Source: Balanoglossus misakiensis (lineage: Eukaryota; Animalia; Hemichordata). From it: a stretch of DNA of 64,000 nt. Below are positions 12,201 to 23,693 of the stretch, one piece after another. The notes below the pieces were generated by a model, which saw only the letters and a list, made by a program, of their open reading frames with translations, was not told the DNA's origin and searched no databases. Within the stretch, counting starts at the first letter, position 1, and each line of letters starts with the position of its first letter. The stretch covers positions 9,911,483 through 9,975,482 of the forward strand of contig CM082582.2 of NCBI GenBank assembly GCA_040954595.2, read 5' to 3'. Position numbers and translations under genes: made by a program.

Positions 12201-15200
12201 TGGCAACTTGTCGGTTGTTGCTTAGGCTTTGCTGTCAAATCCAATGGTGATTCAATTCCTCTGTTCACTAACTGTGGCTGAATGGGGAGATCGACTGCTG
12301 CCTCACGCTCTCTCACAGGTCTCATTCTTCCTGATACACCAAGTACCTTTGCATATACAGCAGGTAATTCACCATCTTGCGTCGTGAAAGGAGAGTTCTC
12401 AAACAGGGGTCTTGGAATTTCAGAGGGAGGCAATCTATTGACCAAAGACGCCATGTTTGAAATTTCTTCAGAAACTTTTGACATATCTGGTCTTGATTCA
12501 TTTGCATAATCATGGCTGCCGTGTTGTTCCTGAGACTGGTGAAGCATTCGTACATTTGGTGTTGACATATGCATTCCCGGAATTGTAGGTCGCATAGACT
12601 GGCTTTGTTGTTGTTTTCCTGTTTCCATTTGAGGTACCTGGGTATTGGCTGGTACAGGACCTCTTGGCTGCATTGGACTTTGAATCATAATGCACTTCGA
12701 TGAAGGTGATAGGACTGGTCTGCCTGCCTGTGAAGGTGATGGCAACATCTGTTTGAGTCCTGGTTCATTACTAATAGTCACAAACTCAGAAATATCCGTC
12801 CTTGGAATTTCAACACGTGAGAATTGAAGAGCATGTTGGTTATGAACATGATGAGGACTGAGTAAGATCTGTGTCTGAACATGTCCTTGGGAGTCACTGT
12901 AGGATGCGTTGCTGTGTGGAGGAGCTGATGCCATGCTTTCTTTTTCCATAGAGTATGGAGATGACATGTTGGTGGTATTAATCCGAGATGATTGTGGGTC
13001 CAGCAATACTGTCTGTCTCTGCATGAAAACTGGATTAGGCACTTTCAGCTGTGGCGTTTGCTTGGTTAGAGCTGACACAGGACTACCAAAAGTCTCCTTA
13101 AACCTTCCAAAGGGGATTTTTGAGAATGGTTTTCCAGGTGCTGGGGTGAGGAACTTTGGTTTTGGTCTTACACTGAGGTCTACTGTGTGTTTTATGGGAA
13201 CAGTAATGTCCTTCACAATACTCTTAGGTGGCAAAGGCTGTGCGCATCTTTGAGGGATGAGGTGGGGTAAGTGGAGGTTGTCAATTGCAGCATGATAAGC
13301 TTGGTTTCCCTCCGCACTTGTTACACTGGTAACACCTGGTTTTAAAAGGCCCACATCAGATGGATCAGGCTGCTCTTCTGCAGGAATAAGCACTGGCTGT
13401 TGACCATGGGCATACACTGGTACATTCAGTAACGTGGGATTGGACATTATCTCAGAATGTGTTGACGCGACAGGACACCACTGGTTAATGGAGGTGTGCG
13501 TCCTACCAACTGGCATGTATTCTCTCGTGGCTTTCACGTCATGCGGCAATGAACTGCAAGTTGATCTGTTAACTATAACTGTTCCCTGGTGATTTTCTGA
13601 TGGCATCCCCGGTTTCCGGATTGAAAGATCAACAACAGCATCCCGGGCAGATGTCCTACCACTCTGGGAATTCGAAGGAATACCAGATGGATTTCTCATT
13701 GGTGCAGTAAACTGTGGGGATACGGGTAATCCTATGGTGTCTGATGAAACAAGCTGCTGGAAGTGATGTTCTGGTAAGTTGCTTTGGTTGACACGCTTAG
13801 ACTGCAGAACTGTAGCCATATGTTGATTGACGAAATTACTATTACTGGGATAGCCATCAAATCCTTGAGTATCCCTACTTCCTGCTGAAGCACTGACAGG
13901 TTTTCCGTATGTATAACCTGGAGGATAGACTACGGCATGATGTTCTTGTTGAGCTTGTCTTGGTGATGTCTGCACTTGGTGTTGAATAAACCCTGGTGAC
14001 ATCTGAGGCCCCTTTTGAAGTGACTGCAATCCCAGGTTTGATAGGAAAACAGGGATGTTTGTTGTTTGCACAGCACTTCGAGGATGGTGGACCCTCATGC
14101 TTTCGTGAACAACAAGTTCATGCATCTGTGCACTGGATTGCTGCGTGTTTGTCTTCCTGCTTAAATCAACTGCATTGGTTTCGTTGACTGTCCTTCGAAT
14201 ATGGGTAGGGGCCAGGTTGGCTCTTCCAAAGTTATCAGGCTGTAGTGCTGGCATGCTTACATGAGGTGCATCTTTCCCCTGATTATTAATTCTCTCGCCA
14301 TGTTGATGAACTGGATGCATTTGCACAGATGGTACAACAGCTGCATTCTTTTGAAAATGCAGTGGTGCAGACAACTGCACGCCTTGCATTTGGACCTGTC
14401 TAGTCTGCAATTCGCCAACGGCAGGATGGTGTTCAGGTGGATTTTCTGGGCCAACATTCTGATAACGTTGATCAGTAAACGTACGGTTGACCTTCGCAAG
14501 TCGTCCCAAGTACATAGCTGCTGACACTGGCCTTGCATGGGTCTGGCCTTGGTGTTGAGGTGGACCATCCAGGAAGAACTGATCCTCGGGGCTTAAGGAC
14601 TCATTCTGTGTGACGCTCTTCGCGATCACACCGACCTGCATAGAGTCATCTTTGTGCTTCCGTCTGTAGTGGAAATTCAAACCTTTGTAGCTCGTGAAGA
14701 GATGCCTGCAAAGCGGACATTCGTACGCAACTTGAAGTTGTCCGGAAGACAGGTGGCGAACCTTTGCAGTCACGCTGAAAGTTCCAATCTGAAAGTTTTT
14801 ACTGCGGACGAGAAATTCCATCTCCGATTTAAAGTCTGAGAGGTCCTCTCTGCAGGTGTGCATGTGGTGCCTGTGGGTGGCTATGTCCTGCTTGATTGAT
14901 GCAGCCACTCGCACGATGTCGCTCACTTTGGCAGACATTGGTTTCTTCACTTTGACGTCGACCTTGGCATTATCAGCTTCCGGGATGAATCTACTCTTGG
15001 CAAGCAACTGGTGAAGTGAGAGATTTCCGTCTGCAGCGAGTTGCTCAGCACTAGTCCGTTGATTTAGATCAACCATACCATCTTCGGAAATGGGCTCCAC
15101 TGCTGCATCCCCACTAGATCCCTTAGATGTGGCATCAACTTGTACAGCGATACTCTGCAGTTTTGATAATGTTTCAAGGGATGATAGCGAATCAGACTTT

Positions 15201-17377
15201 TCCTTCAGAGGGATTAAAGGAACTGAATAGCCAGGTCTAGCTGCCTCATAGTTTGCATCTTCATCATCCACTCCTCTTGATTTTACAGCTGCATCATCCA
15301 TGTTGTCTCTCAGATTCACTACACCATTGTTGCTTTGTCCCATCTCAGTATAATTGACTTCACCACTTTCTTCATCGGCTGACTCAGTTTCATCACCAGA
15401 TGATACCTTTCGCTCAAAGAAAACGTTGGCGTTTGGAGCATTTTCACCGTCTCCCAAATTCTTCTCACAGTCTGTTGATATGCTGTTTTGCGTCGCTTGC
15501 AAAGTCAACGTCGAGTTATGCTGCCTCACTTCTAATTCTCCTTCACCATTTGATGCTGTGCTACGGACTACTTCTGAAGTTTTGTCGATCTCTTCTATGG
15601 ATTGTTTGTCTTCTTTATCATCAGAATGTGTCAGACCAAATTCATGACACGAGTTTGCTTTCAAGTTCAGAGGTGAAGTAACATTTCTGCCGAGATTTTC
15701 CTTTGCATCTTGTGAAGCAGTTGCCGTCTCTGGGTTGTCATCTGATTGAGATGCACTGACTTGGCTGGCTTCTCTTTCATCGTGGCTTTCCTCTGCCATA
15801 GCAACACCAACTGAAATGACTGGGTAAGGATTAGTGACAGGTCCTGAGGTTACATCCCTTGCCAAATCGCTCTCATATTCAAACCTACTGCCAATAGATC
15901 CCACATTCTCCCTTCCTTGTTCAACTGGTTCCAGTGTTGGTGGTGAGAGGTTGTCTGAAGTGAAACTTTTCCCTGTTGAATACTTCTGATTGTCCACAAC
16001 TTTGTCAAGGTGAGGAGGAAGACTGCTGGCACTGGAATCATACATGCTGGGCTCCAAACTGTTCGTGTCCACAAAGTCTCTGGTGACAACTTTGTCAAGT
16101 TCAGCATGAGAAGCTTCTTTTTTCTCTGGAGGGGAATTCAGTAAAATTTTGCCCCTCTCTTTGCCGCTTGCAAGATGTTTATAGTCTTTATGTAAATCAA
16201 TTGGATTAAGTACAACATATAATTGCTTTTTTGGCTTCTTCATCGGAAACATGGATCTTGAATATACTTCATCGGTTGATACGCGCGTTTCTGTTGATGG
16301 TATCGATTCTGTTGTTTGTGCAGAGTTAACAGTTTCATTACTGATGGGACTGACAAAACCAACTGGCTTAACTTTCGACATTTTCTTTTCCGGGATATCA
16401 AGTCTTGTGGAGAGGTCTGGGTGTTCACGGCTACCTGTAGAAGTAGATCGGTTGAAATCCATGAAAGAGGACAGAAATACTTCCTTGAGTTTAGCATTAT
16501 AGTCTTCGTGGATAAAACTTGTCAGTTCCTCGGCTTTGTCTGGGTGTGCTTTGGAGATGTGTCTTCTGAGACCGTCGGGTCTTTTGAAGCTTTCGCTGCA
16601 TGAGCGGCAATGGTAAGGTCTGTCTCCCGCATGACTTCGCATGTGTCTCACCAGTGCGTAATTGTCTTTTCCGGAATAGGCACAGAAGCTGCACTGAAAC
16701 CTCTTCATTCTCCGCTTCCTGGACTGTCCCGTCTCGTCGCTCAGTTCGGCATCATCCGACCCGAGCTGAGCTAGAACGTCTAGAATTGCTTGCGTCACGC
16801 CGGCCGGGTCCTCGTCATCCGATGAACACAAAGTGCCGTCGTCATCGTTTTCGTCCGATGACACTCTGACAGGTTTGTGCTGTTTCCGAGATTTCTTCGG
16901 TCGATCTACGTAATCGTCATGCTGATTAGAACTGTAGCCTTGATCACCGGTCCCCTCAAATAAGGACATGTCTTCTTCTTTTTCAATACGGGAATCTGAA
17001 TAACCCGGAAATCGAGGTGTGCGTTGCCCTGATTGCGAGTACATGATTTTCACGTTATTTTCAATCGGAGTTTCACTCTCATCATTCTGCGACATTCTTG
17101 AAGGCTTGCCTTGTTTCCGCCTCGACTTCTTCATCTCACCAATCTTCTCATGATCATCATCATGATGTTCAGTGTTCTCACTGGTATTCACAGTTGGTGT
17201 ACACCAGTCCTCAACAGCATTCATGAGACTTAGCCTTGTACTTGAGTTTTCCTGCACAGTGTTGATTTCTGGTCTACTTCCACGGTTTTCAAGGCGTGAG
17301 CTGGAAATGGTTTCATCTTGATGAGCAAGTTCACCATCAGTTCTTGATGTTGTATCTAATGACCAACACTGGTCCAT
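9260..17377 (-). CDS. Very large C2H2 zinc-finger transcription factor (~2705 aa, 9 fingers in dispersed clusters), one ~8.1-kb coding exon
   Basis: Uninterrupted ORF. An N-terminal finger pair (CSFC..H..H, linker AGDRP, CRSC..H..H), a central finger (CPLC), a further finger (CPFC) and a C-terminal five-finger array (CTKC, CPVC, CEKPDC, CDLC, CSHC). Long Q/P/S-rich disordered middle. A splice acceptor (TTTCAAATCCACAG) lies 2 nt before the ATG at 17377. Confidence 0.92.
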   Translation of the reverse strand: MDQCWSLDTTSRTDGELAHQDETISSSRLENRGSRPEINTVQENSSTRLSLMNAVEDWCTPTVNTSENTEHHDDDHEKIGEMKKSRRKQGKPSRMSQNDESETPIENNVKIMYSQSGQRTPRFPGYSDSRIEKEEDMSLFEGTGDQGYSSNQHDDYVDRPKKSRKQHKPVRVSSDENDDDGTLCSSDDEDPAGVTQAILDVLAQLGSDDAELSDETGQSRKRRMKRFQCSFCAYSGKDNYALVRHMRSHAGDRPYHCRSCSESFKRPDGLRRHISKAHPDKAEELTSFIHEDYNAKLKEVFLSSFMDFNRSTSTGSREHPDLSTRLDIPEKKMSKVKPVGFVSPISNETVNSAQTTESIPSTETRVSTDEVYSRSMFPMKKPKKQLYVVLNPIDLHKDYKHLASGKERGKILLNSPPEKKEASHAELDKVVTRDFVDTNSLEPSMYDSSASSLPPHLDKVVDNQKYSTGKSFTSDNLSPPTLEPVEQGRENVGSIGSRFEYESDLARDVTSGPVTNPYPVISVGVAMAEESHDEREASQVSASQSDDNPETATASQDAKENLGRNVTSPLNLKANSCHEFGLTHSDDKEDKQSIEEIDKTSEVVRSTASNGEGELEVRQHNSTLTLQATQNSISTDCEKNLGDGENAPNANVFFERKVSSGDETESADEESGEVNYTEMGQSNNGVVNLRDNMDDAAVKSRGVDDEDANYEAARPGYSVPLIPLKEKSDSLSSLETLSKLQSIAVQVDATSKGSSGDAAVEPISEDGMVDLNQRTSAEQLAADGNLSLHQLLAKSRFIPEADNAKVDVKVKKPMSAKVSDIVRVAASIKQDIATHRHHMHTCREDLSDFKSEMEFLVRSKNFQIGTFSVTAKVRHLSSGQLQVAYECPLCRHLFTSYKGLNFHYRRKHKDDSMQVGVIAKSVTQNESLSPEDQFFLDGPPQHQGQTHARPVSAAMYLGRLAKVNRTFTDQRYQNVGPENPPEHHPAVGELQTRQVQMQGVQLSAPLHFQKNAAVVPSVQMHPVHQHGERINNQGKDAPHVSMPALQPDNFGRANLAPTHIRRTVNETNAVDLSRKTNTQQSSAQMHELVVHESMRVHHPRSAVQTTNIPVFLSNLGLQSLQKGPQMSPGFIQHQVQTSPRQAQQEHHAVVYPPGYTYGKPVSASAGSRDTQGFDGYPSNSNFVNQHMATVLQSKRVNQSNLPEHHFQQLVSSDTIGLPVSPQFTAPMRNPSGIPSNSQSGRTSARDAVVDLSIRKPGMPSENHQGTVIVNRSTCSSLPHDVKATREYMPVGRTHTSINQWCPVASTHSEIMSNPTLLNVPVYAHGQQPVLIPAEEQPDPSDVGLLKPGVTSVTSAEGNQAYHAAIDNLHLPHLIPQRCAQPLPPKSIVKDITVPIKHTVDLSVRPKPKFLTPAPGKPFSKIPFGRFKETFGSPVSALTKQTPQLKVPNPVFMQRQTVLLDPQSSRINTTNMSSPYSMEKESMASAPPHSNASYSDSQGHVQTQILLSPHHVHNQHALQFSRVEIPRTDISEFVTISNEPGLKQMLPSPSQAGRPVLSPSSKCIMIQSPMQPRGPVPANTQVPQMETGKQQQSQSMRPTIPGMHMSTPNVRMLHQSQEQHGSHDYANESRPDMSKVSEEISNMASLVNRLPPSEIPRPLFENSPFTTQDGELPAVYAKVLGVSGRMRPVREREAAVDLPIQPQLVNRGIESPLDLTAKPKQQPTSCQSEYVGQNITKDQLPTAENPIDLTVKAASTSTTADAEEDMNQHQNQRQLCSPQVNRSTHLFRGNTEEAQIQNPALLPTSPRQIQLNSQQVLQFNQMIQAYQGRRMPPQVLHSLPSTVLGNIQAQHQLYNYPPAGYGRESKPQEVPQERILTTTETRVKPPSGHGFMFKNMPIITDVRSLQETDPQAPAVRMMSQAQPPKDKTFREILSGKLPTNFPDNDRIRHSKQLLAHGIAPRVAGEPNQTSNLAAGPLNLPPNYLNKQEESTSKYPSSIGGMALDLTLSDGGGKSNKDTAIQSYSNNAPDQVSDQHITQPQRQSQMLIPMTKVPQRTGAESIIMQPRMIQIQVPQISPRHGIVPVRIPQSPQGSSVDRFMMPGVARPPMPGQPVDLQLIPTEPRSSDALPVLAAKPDSYPQPMPSPGPAEDQRPLPSSGPVRGQRPSSYSNMPETLQQGPTVGQPVNNELNLSNRPSLISRPTLSMRPPILLRQQAATFTEMPPPLIPDATVIETNHKPANQGAPPTILAGHGHGETEKDTEGLVPQNMQSPSQSPKSTQMIQANDISSSEGSRKHGAAKANQEVSLRQCKTSTVPAEETSKTPETKDENLFSSQTSTDESEPPSNTSLKSEQTADADSNHLRPKRRRLSSYESGITTTTKKDDPSSDAEILKSFVKTGKHKCPFCFFSNYSRKEVRIHIKQEHFNKQKKSPDNGGISCDNMEMEESAKRRNFHRQESQMSSISEVSHSSGLTCESYDYNSDVETNIGDEIAAEDEETTADMRDDDSLSKSSEASKYSESNSVKDNVGNNLTCTKCLRDFASVAELDEHCRMVHDGKGLSQHCPVCAFASDDSYVMHKHMEQYHSGHKPYQCEKPDCSRSFTTLEDLHRHSRRHDADKKFTCDLCGAKYHWQNGLRAHMLRHTVNYPYECSHCGLRFKTSGMLKRHEYEKKHLPPEAISKAAEGNSRFSRSAPETVRRRGRGRGYRK

Positions 17378-18514
17378 TTCTGTGGATTTGAAAGGACAGA
17401 TCAGTGTCAAAAGAAAGTCACGATGTGTAGATTTTCCTTCATTGAGAGTTTAAGTGTATACATGTACTACCGGTAGTATAATTAGATGATTCATAACTAT
17501 ATGTTATGCTATTCCAACAAGTGATACACATACCATTGCCATAATGATAAAGGCACTGAACTGACCCAGTTTTATAAACAGATAAACATTCCCTAATCTA
17601 TTTAAAGCTAGATTTTGTTTGCTGATTTCTATTTTTTCTAGATGTTTGAAGGTAGCTTGTGAGGCCCTGACACAGCTCATTGAGATGAAATTGACTGGCA
17701 TTCGTCGCACAACACTTGTCACCATGTGCTGATTTTCTCATGTTTTGTTTATCGCTGAACTTCGGTCTATCTTATCATGATAACTGAAAAACAGATAGGA
17801 ATTCAAAAACAAAAAGTTTTCATTAGATAAATTTTAAAAGTATACACATTACCCACAATTTTGTACTGAAGTTAGAGTTCATTACCACAGGGCAAGGGAA
17901 GCAAGTGTATTTAGTTTTTTGATACACTTACACTATAAACGCAATTCAGTCATTATTGAATTTCTACCAGACACATCAGATATTCTAACTCGTATCAGTA
18001 ACACCGCTCTCGCAAAGCATTCATACTGCACTGGCAGAGCTGACCTCTGGGTCAGACATATTATGCCAACATGTTAAATAAAGCCCTTGAGATGTGATGG
18101 CTATATTTGAAAGGGTCTACAAATGCCTCTTCATTCAATCACAGTTCATACAGAGAAATTGCCATTAAACCTAGGTTTTCAGGAAAAAAAAAGTATATTC
18201 TGTCACATAGATAATGGATAGTCTAATGTATTTGAAAAAAGAAGAGCAAATCATTTGAGATGACGCCAGCTTTAACTACTTGGCTCAAGCATGTAACTTC
18301 TTATGACCTGTAGTCAAGTCTGGCGAAGCAAGTCCAATATACAAGAAATCAAATCACATTAAAGTACATTGAGATGCTATTAAAACTTTCTAAAAAGTTG
18401 CTGTGCCCATTTTCTAGGTGAACAGGATTGAAGGGGAGCGACCAAGATCACATGATCTTGATCATACAAAGTTGGAACTTTTAAAAAATATTCTTCATGT
18501 TCTTCTTGGCAACA

Positions 18515-18528
18515 GTTGCTATGGTAAC
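18515..18528. promoter_or_regulatory. RFX X-box consensus match GTTGCTATGGTAAC
   Basis: Matches the GTTNCYATRGNAAC X-box palindrome. It sits in repeat-like intronic sequence upstream of the large ZF exon, so function is uncertain. Confidence 0.3.
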
Positions 18529-21445
18529 TGAACACACGTCTCTCACCTTAGTATCTTCACAGTTTTTCCGTCCACGAAGAATGAGGAAATGGAAGAAATT
18601 AGTGAAATATGGTGTATGAACTTTCAGTGCAACCCCAGATAACGACCACCGCAGTCCAAGTCAGACTTTGCCCATTGTGCCATTCTGTCTATTCAAGCCC
18701 ACCAAAGGTCTACTTGTTATTGTCAAGAGAGCGACCTACGTATGACATCACTCAACATATTTCACACTCTCACTTCCCTTTTGGCTATCTCGGTCCAAAA
18801 TACGTGCGTTCGAAGTCAGAATGATCAAATCGATGTGAACTATTTACGGTACCACATAAACAGGGATGCATGTTTAATGCAAACTTTGAATAATCATAAA
18901 GTTTGACTGAAGAGTTTTGCCTTCTTGTGACTGAAAATGGAAGGACTGCTATTTGTATCACGTGACCAGGTGAACCATCGATGCGAAGTGGCATTTAAAA
19001 AAAGAACAAACAAGTTGCTGTGTAGGATAACAGTCCCCACTGGCACGGGGAATTCACTGAAGTGAAGTCATGCGATGCATGCAAGATGAGGTATACACAA
19101 ATGTACTGGTCAATGTATTCAATCTAATCAGACTTTCTGAAGTGTTTAATACTATACTGTTTAACACCTGTGAAAATATATTTGATCACGTTCATCAGCT
19201 CTGGGCATGAAAAATTGGACTCTACTTGTAAACGGTTCAAAATCAAAATCATTCTGAATACGAAGGTGACAAGCACAGTGGTCCTCAATCTTTTGCACTG
19301 GTCAGACAGACAGAAATACACACTCGAAGTTCTGGTCGATTACTGATGTCGTAAGTTCTGCTCGATTACTTCAGATGCTTTCATTTGAAACTTGCCGATT
19401 CTTTTGTTTAATTTGAAACTATGGAATTTGGGTGTTTTCTGCAGCTTTTCATGTGCTATTGAACACTGTTTGCTTTGGCACAGTGTGGCGTACATCCGCC
19501 CAGCCCAGCCTCTCTGAAGTGGCCTTTTATACATTGCCGGGTCACACCCAGTGCCTTTGACATAGGCAAGGGGAATTACCTGGTGACTGAATGGGTTGTT
19601 AAAGTATACTGCGCACAAACAGAGTGTCTGTGGGCAAACTTTACTTGGGTGGGGTTCACACACAGGTAAAGGTATCGCACTGACCTAAATTAAACAATCA
19701 ACCAGGCAAGGCTCAGTGAGCCTGGTATGGTGAACCCCCTAATGAGTGGTAGGTACATCCATATCCTACGTGTTTATTACCAACGCTGGGATACGTTGAG
19801 AAGACCTATCGTCATGACAACTTGGCGCACATGACCAATCAATCTTGAGTGGGCATGTCGGTGACGCAGGCCAAGCTGGGCATAACAACACCGACTGGAC
19901 GGAAGGTCATAGTTCAGTATCTGCTGCCAATATATCAAGACAGAGTGTGTGCCTTTCGTATCTGTTGATAATGAGTGGTGGGGCCAGTGACACTGCGCAA
20001 ATCCATTTATCAGGACAACTCCCACCTGTCAGAATCACATCCAACAGAAATAGCTCAGTTGACCAGAGTGTGACAAAATATCTTGTTTGGGTCTTGATAT
20101 AAACCTGGCTGGAGATCGAGTCACAGACGCTAGCAACAAGTTAAACTCTGATTCGTCAGCGGAGTTTTCCCATCATCATCCTCTACGCTCATTTCACTTG
20201 CAAAGTTTCTATATCCCCAACAAGGACTGCCTAGACACTTCAGTTACCTCATTACTGTCAATAAAAACATTTCTGAAACTCCTTGAAAAACCATCAGGTC
20301 ACACAATCGTAAAAAAAGTGGCCACAGCAGATAAAAAAAACGGCAAATCTTTGTACAGTTTCACTGAAACAAACAACTTGTTTTTAACAAGAAATGCCAA
20401 GGTGAGTTATATTGAGGTTGAATCATAAATTTAAAACTGAATGTCAACTGTTCAAATTTATACTTTATTTATTGTACCTTTATTCATATTTGCTTAATAG
20501 GAAATATTGCCTAAAACGGGTGTAAATGAATAAATCATATCTCATAAATTGATTTCTTAAAAAAAGTTATAAGTACCTTATTCATTCAATTTTCTGATAC
20601 CATGGAAACTTTTAACAGTCCAAGCTTCAGTAAGATATGTATACAGCTGTTCGCTTTCTATAGAACCATTCCACAAAACGTGACAGGAGTACGTTATGGA
20701 CATCACATCTCACCTGTGGAACCAAAGAAAAAAGCAAAGAATCCACTCAGACATGTTTGTCAATGAACAGGTTTCTGAGGGCACTAGCGTTCACCCCAAG
20801 GTCTTTAATTTTATAGTGAACGGACAAAACGCAATCCCCGCATGATTCAACATTGTGTGAGACCAAGTCTTTTTCAGTTCTGGTGCTTGGGGGACAAAGG
20901 AGATGTACTCCAATGAAATGGGCAGGTCACTTGGGGCAGGAAATGTAAAGGAGAATGTACGTCAGCAATTTGGCCCCTTGTTTACTGGTCGGGTAATTTA
21001 TTCCTTAACAGCAGTGTAAAGTCTGAGAACCCCCGGCATAAAATTTCCTGTTTGTGGCGTAATGCACAGGAAAAGAATGTTCACCTAATCCATGCAGCAG
21101 ATCGCTGACTACCGAGTAATTCTATACCAGCAAAGGCCAACACTTGAACTGGAAACTCATTCATACTCGGAAAACATCTGAAAAGGAAATCCAGGTCACG
21201 TCTGCGGCAACCTTGTCGACCATATAAAAAGCCTCTCATTCCTTTTACGTGCTTTCTTCTACATAACAAAAGGGGCTTACTAAAATGATGAAAGGGAGAA
21301 CCTCTGCCTGGCAACAATCGGTCAGCAATGTCGAAGCTTGTATAAATAACCATTAGTCAAAATCTTCTAGGGTAGAACATGAATACTTAAGCTGTGAAGA
21401 TGTTAAACTGTAAATTACATTTATCCTTATTAGTTCACACCACAG

Positions 21446-21535
21446 TTCAACCCTTTCACCGCCATAGTTTGGTCCAAATCCATTGTTTTCTATGGTAGAG
21501 TTGGACCTCTAGAGATAGAACTGGAGGTGAAACGG
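21446..21535. repeat. Short (~90 bp) interspersed MITE-like repeat, copy 1
   Basis: TTCAACCCTTTCACC...TTTGGTCCA...GTTGGACCT...GAACTGGAGGTGAAAC. Ends are inverted (TTTCACC/GGTGAAA) and it aligns end to end with 31693-31781. Confidence 0.7.
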
Positions 21536-23693
21536 AAAAAAAGTTTTACTATAACAGTTTGTGAAAGACTTTTTGGAGCTCACTCTTCCTTTAAATTTAA
21601 TACAAGAAAAAAGTTTTCACTATGTCATTCAACGAAAATGTATAGGATGAATGTCAGTGAAAAAAAGGCAAAGAAAACTGGAGGAAACTTTCGCTTCCTG
21701 TCTAAACATTGCATGTTTAACCCGACAAGGTCAAAGATGAATGGTGTATATTTCATGGGGATGGAGTGTATACACGAACATAGCTTCCACGACGACGGGA
21801 AACAATCTGCTTATCACCAGTGGTTGAAACTGTGGAAAACAACTACCTGAGAGTTATTCGTCAACTATTTTGGGCAGGTCATTGTCAGTAAACTGGGGCA
21901 AGTGTTGTACTTTTGGGGCAGGTCACTGTAGTGTTACACTTTTAGGGCAGATCACACACAGTAAATTAGAACACGGCTTGAAGGCATACTTTATTTATGT
22001 CGTGTATGTATTTACATGCAGTGATCATGTAAGTTTTTTCCATCTGTATGACATAGTTACCACATAATACAAGCAAAAATTACAAAAGATATGGTTACCT
22101 CGATCTCCATATATGGTGTACATAGAAAATATGCCTGAACTATAAACATAATTGAGCAAACACAAATATATAAAGTATTTAAATGAATTCTTAAAGGAGC
22201 TATCAATTACCACTTCCTTTGCACACAATTCAACTAGATGCAATTCAACCATCACACAGAACCATGTTTCAATTCCCTATTTTGCCTTTTGTCTGTAACC
22301 CAGGTTCTTGTCAAACAAGTTTTGATATGTCGATTTCATATATCCCCATAAAAATATATGTGTGACTGTCATCTGCATTTTGGCAATACATTGCAGTGTT
22401 AATCACACTTTTTACACACTTTTTAGTTAATCATTGGCTAATCAGTTACTTGTTGCAACCTGTAATGCCCTATCAGTTTGTCACATGACGCAAGTCAACA
22501 AATTGTAAAAATTAACATGCAACAAAGCACAGCACAACAAAACAACATGTCCACGTATCTCATTTAAAATAATGATCACCCATAAAAGAGACAATAAGAC
22601 AAATTTTAAAGCCTAAAAATCCAATGAAACGATCCCACGAATGAAAGATTCCAGAAGCATGTGGGAAACTTTTGCAACTTTGTTTCGTCAGACAGATGTT
22701 CACTTGTTCACGTTTAAGTTGTTGATTTCATCACAAATCACGAAATTGTTACAAAGTGACCAGGTTCACACATATTAAAGTTAATGGTGGTGATCTCTTG
22801 CGTATTCTACCATAAGCTGGCCTCTCGCAAGGAAATCACTTCTGTATACATGTACGTAACCAACTTTGCGCAAGACAAAACGCAGTTCGTGCAATATCAT
22901 GAATATTCTAATACGCCGGCTAACGCGATTCGCTTGACACACACGTTGCGTCAACTCATCACCGTTAAATGGTAAACTGTTACATAATCGCGTTAAGTCT
23001 TGGGTAATGTTGCGTAATACACGCCGCACCGCCTATTTCCTTGGTTGATGATGTGCGCCCACGTCTTGATTACAGTCAATCATGGAAGCATTCCAAGGCG
23101 ATCGACGTATGTACATACATATACACGCACGATTGATTTCGTGTACGTTTGTACTTTTGAACGCGATTTCCTGTTTTTCACTGCTCCGTAAAACTTTTTA
23201 AAAACATGTCATTCTTCAGAAATACACGTAACAACCCGTAAACGTATAAGACACCTTCTGGATCATGTCGATTTTTGTCAAAGTGAGAAGTTTCCAGGCG
23301 ATCGCGACGATATTTCAGACGTATATTTCAGACGTGCCGACACAGAGAACGTAGCCACAGTCAGACATTATTATGCAGAGAGCTATGATGAACCGGATAT
23401 CACTTTCAATATTTTCTTGACAAGTTACAGCAAGTTACAATTAAATTATGATTCAAAATAAGACGGATTAAACCCATTTTCACGCTGTCCCGTGTACGCC
23501 GTGTGCCACAAGGGATCGCGAAATTTAAACAAAAGTACACTGGCCAAAAGTTGTACTGCCTGCCCACTGCTGTGTGTGCTGACGATATTAGGGGAATCCC
23601 CGTTTGAGTCCCGAACAGATATGCGTCTTGACCGACTGTATAAAATATCTTTTCTGTGACACTTAACACAAGGAAATAGAAAAGGGGGCTTAC

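Noticed and set aside
17378-17410. TTG start for the 2716-aa ORF (likewise TTG 2533 for the GPCR)
   Set aside because: Prokaryotic-style start calls. The 17380-17410 stretch is a splice-acceptor tract, and the first ATGs are at 17377 and 2557.
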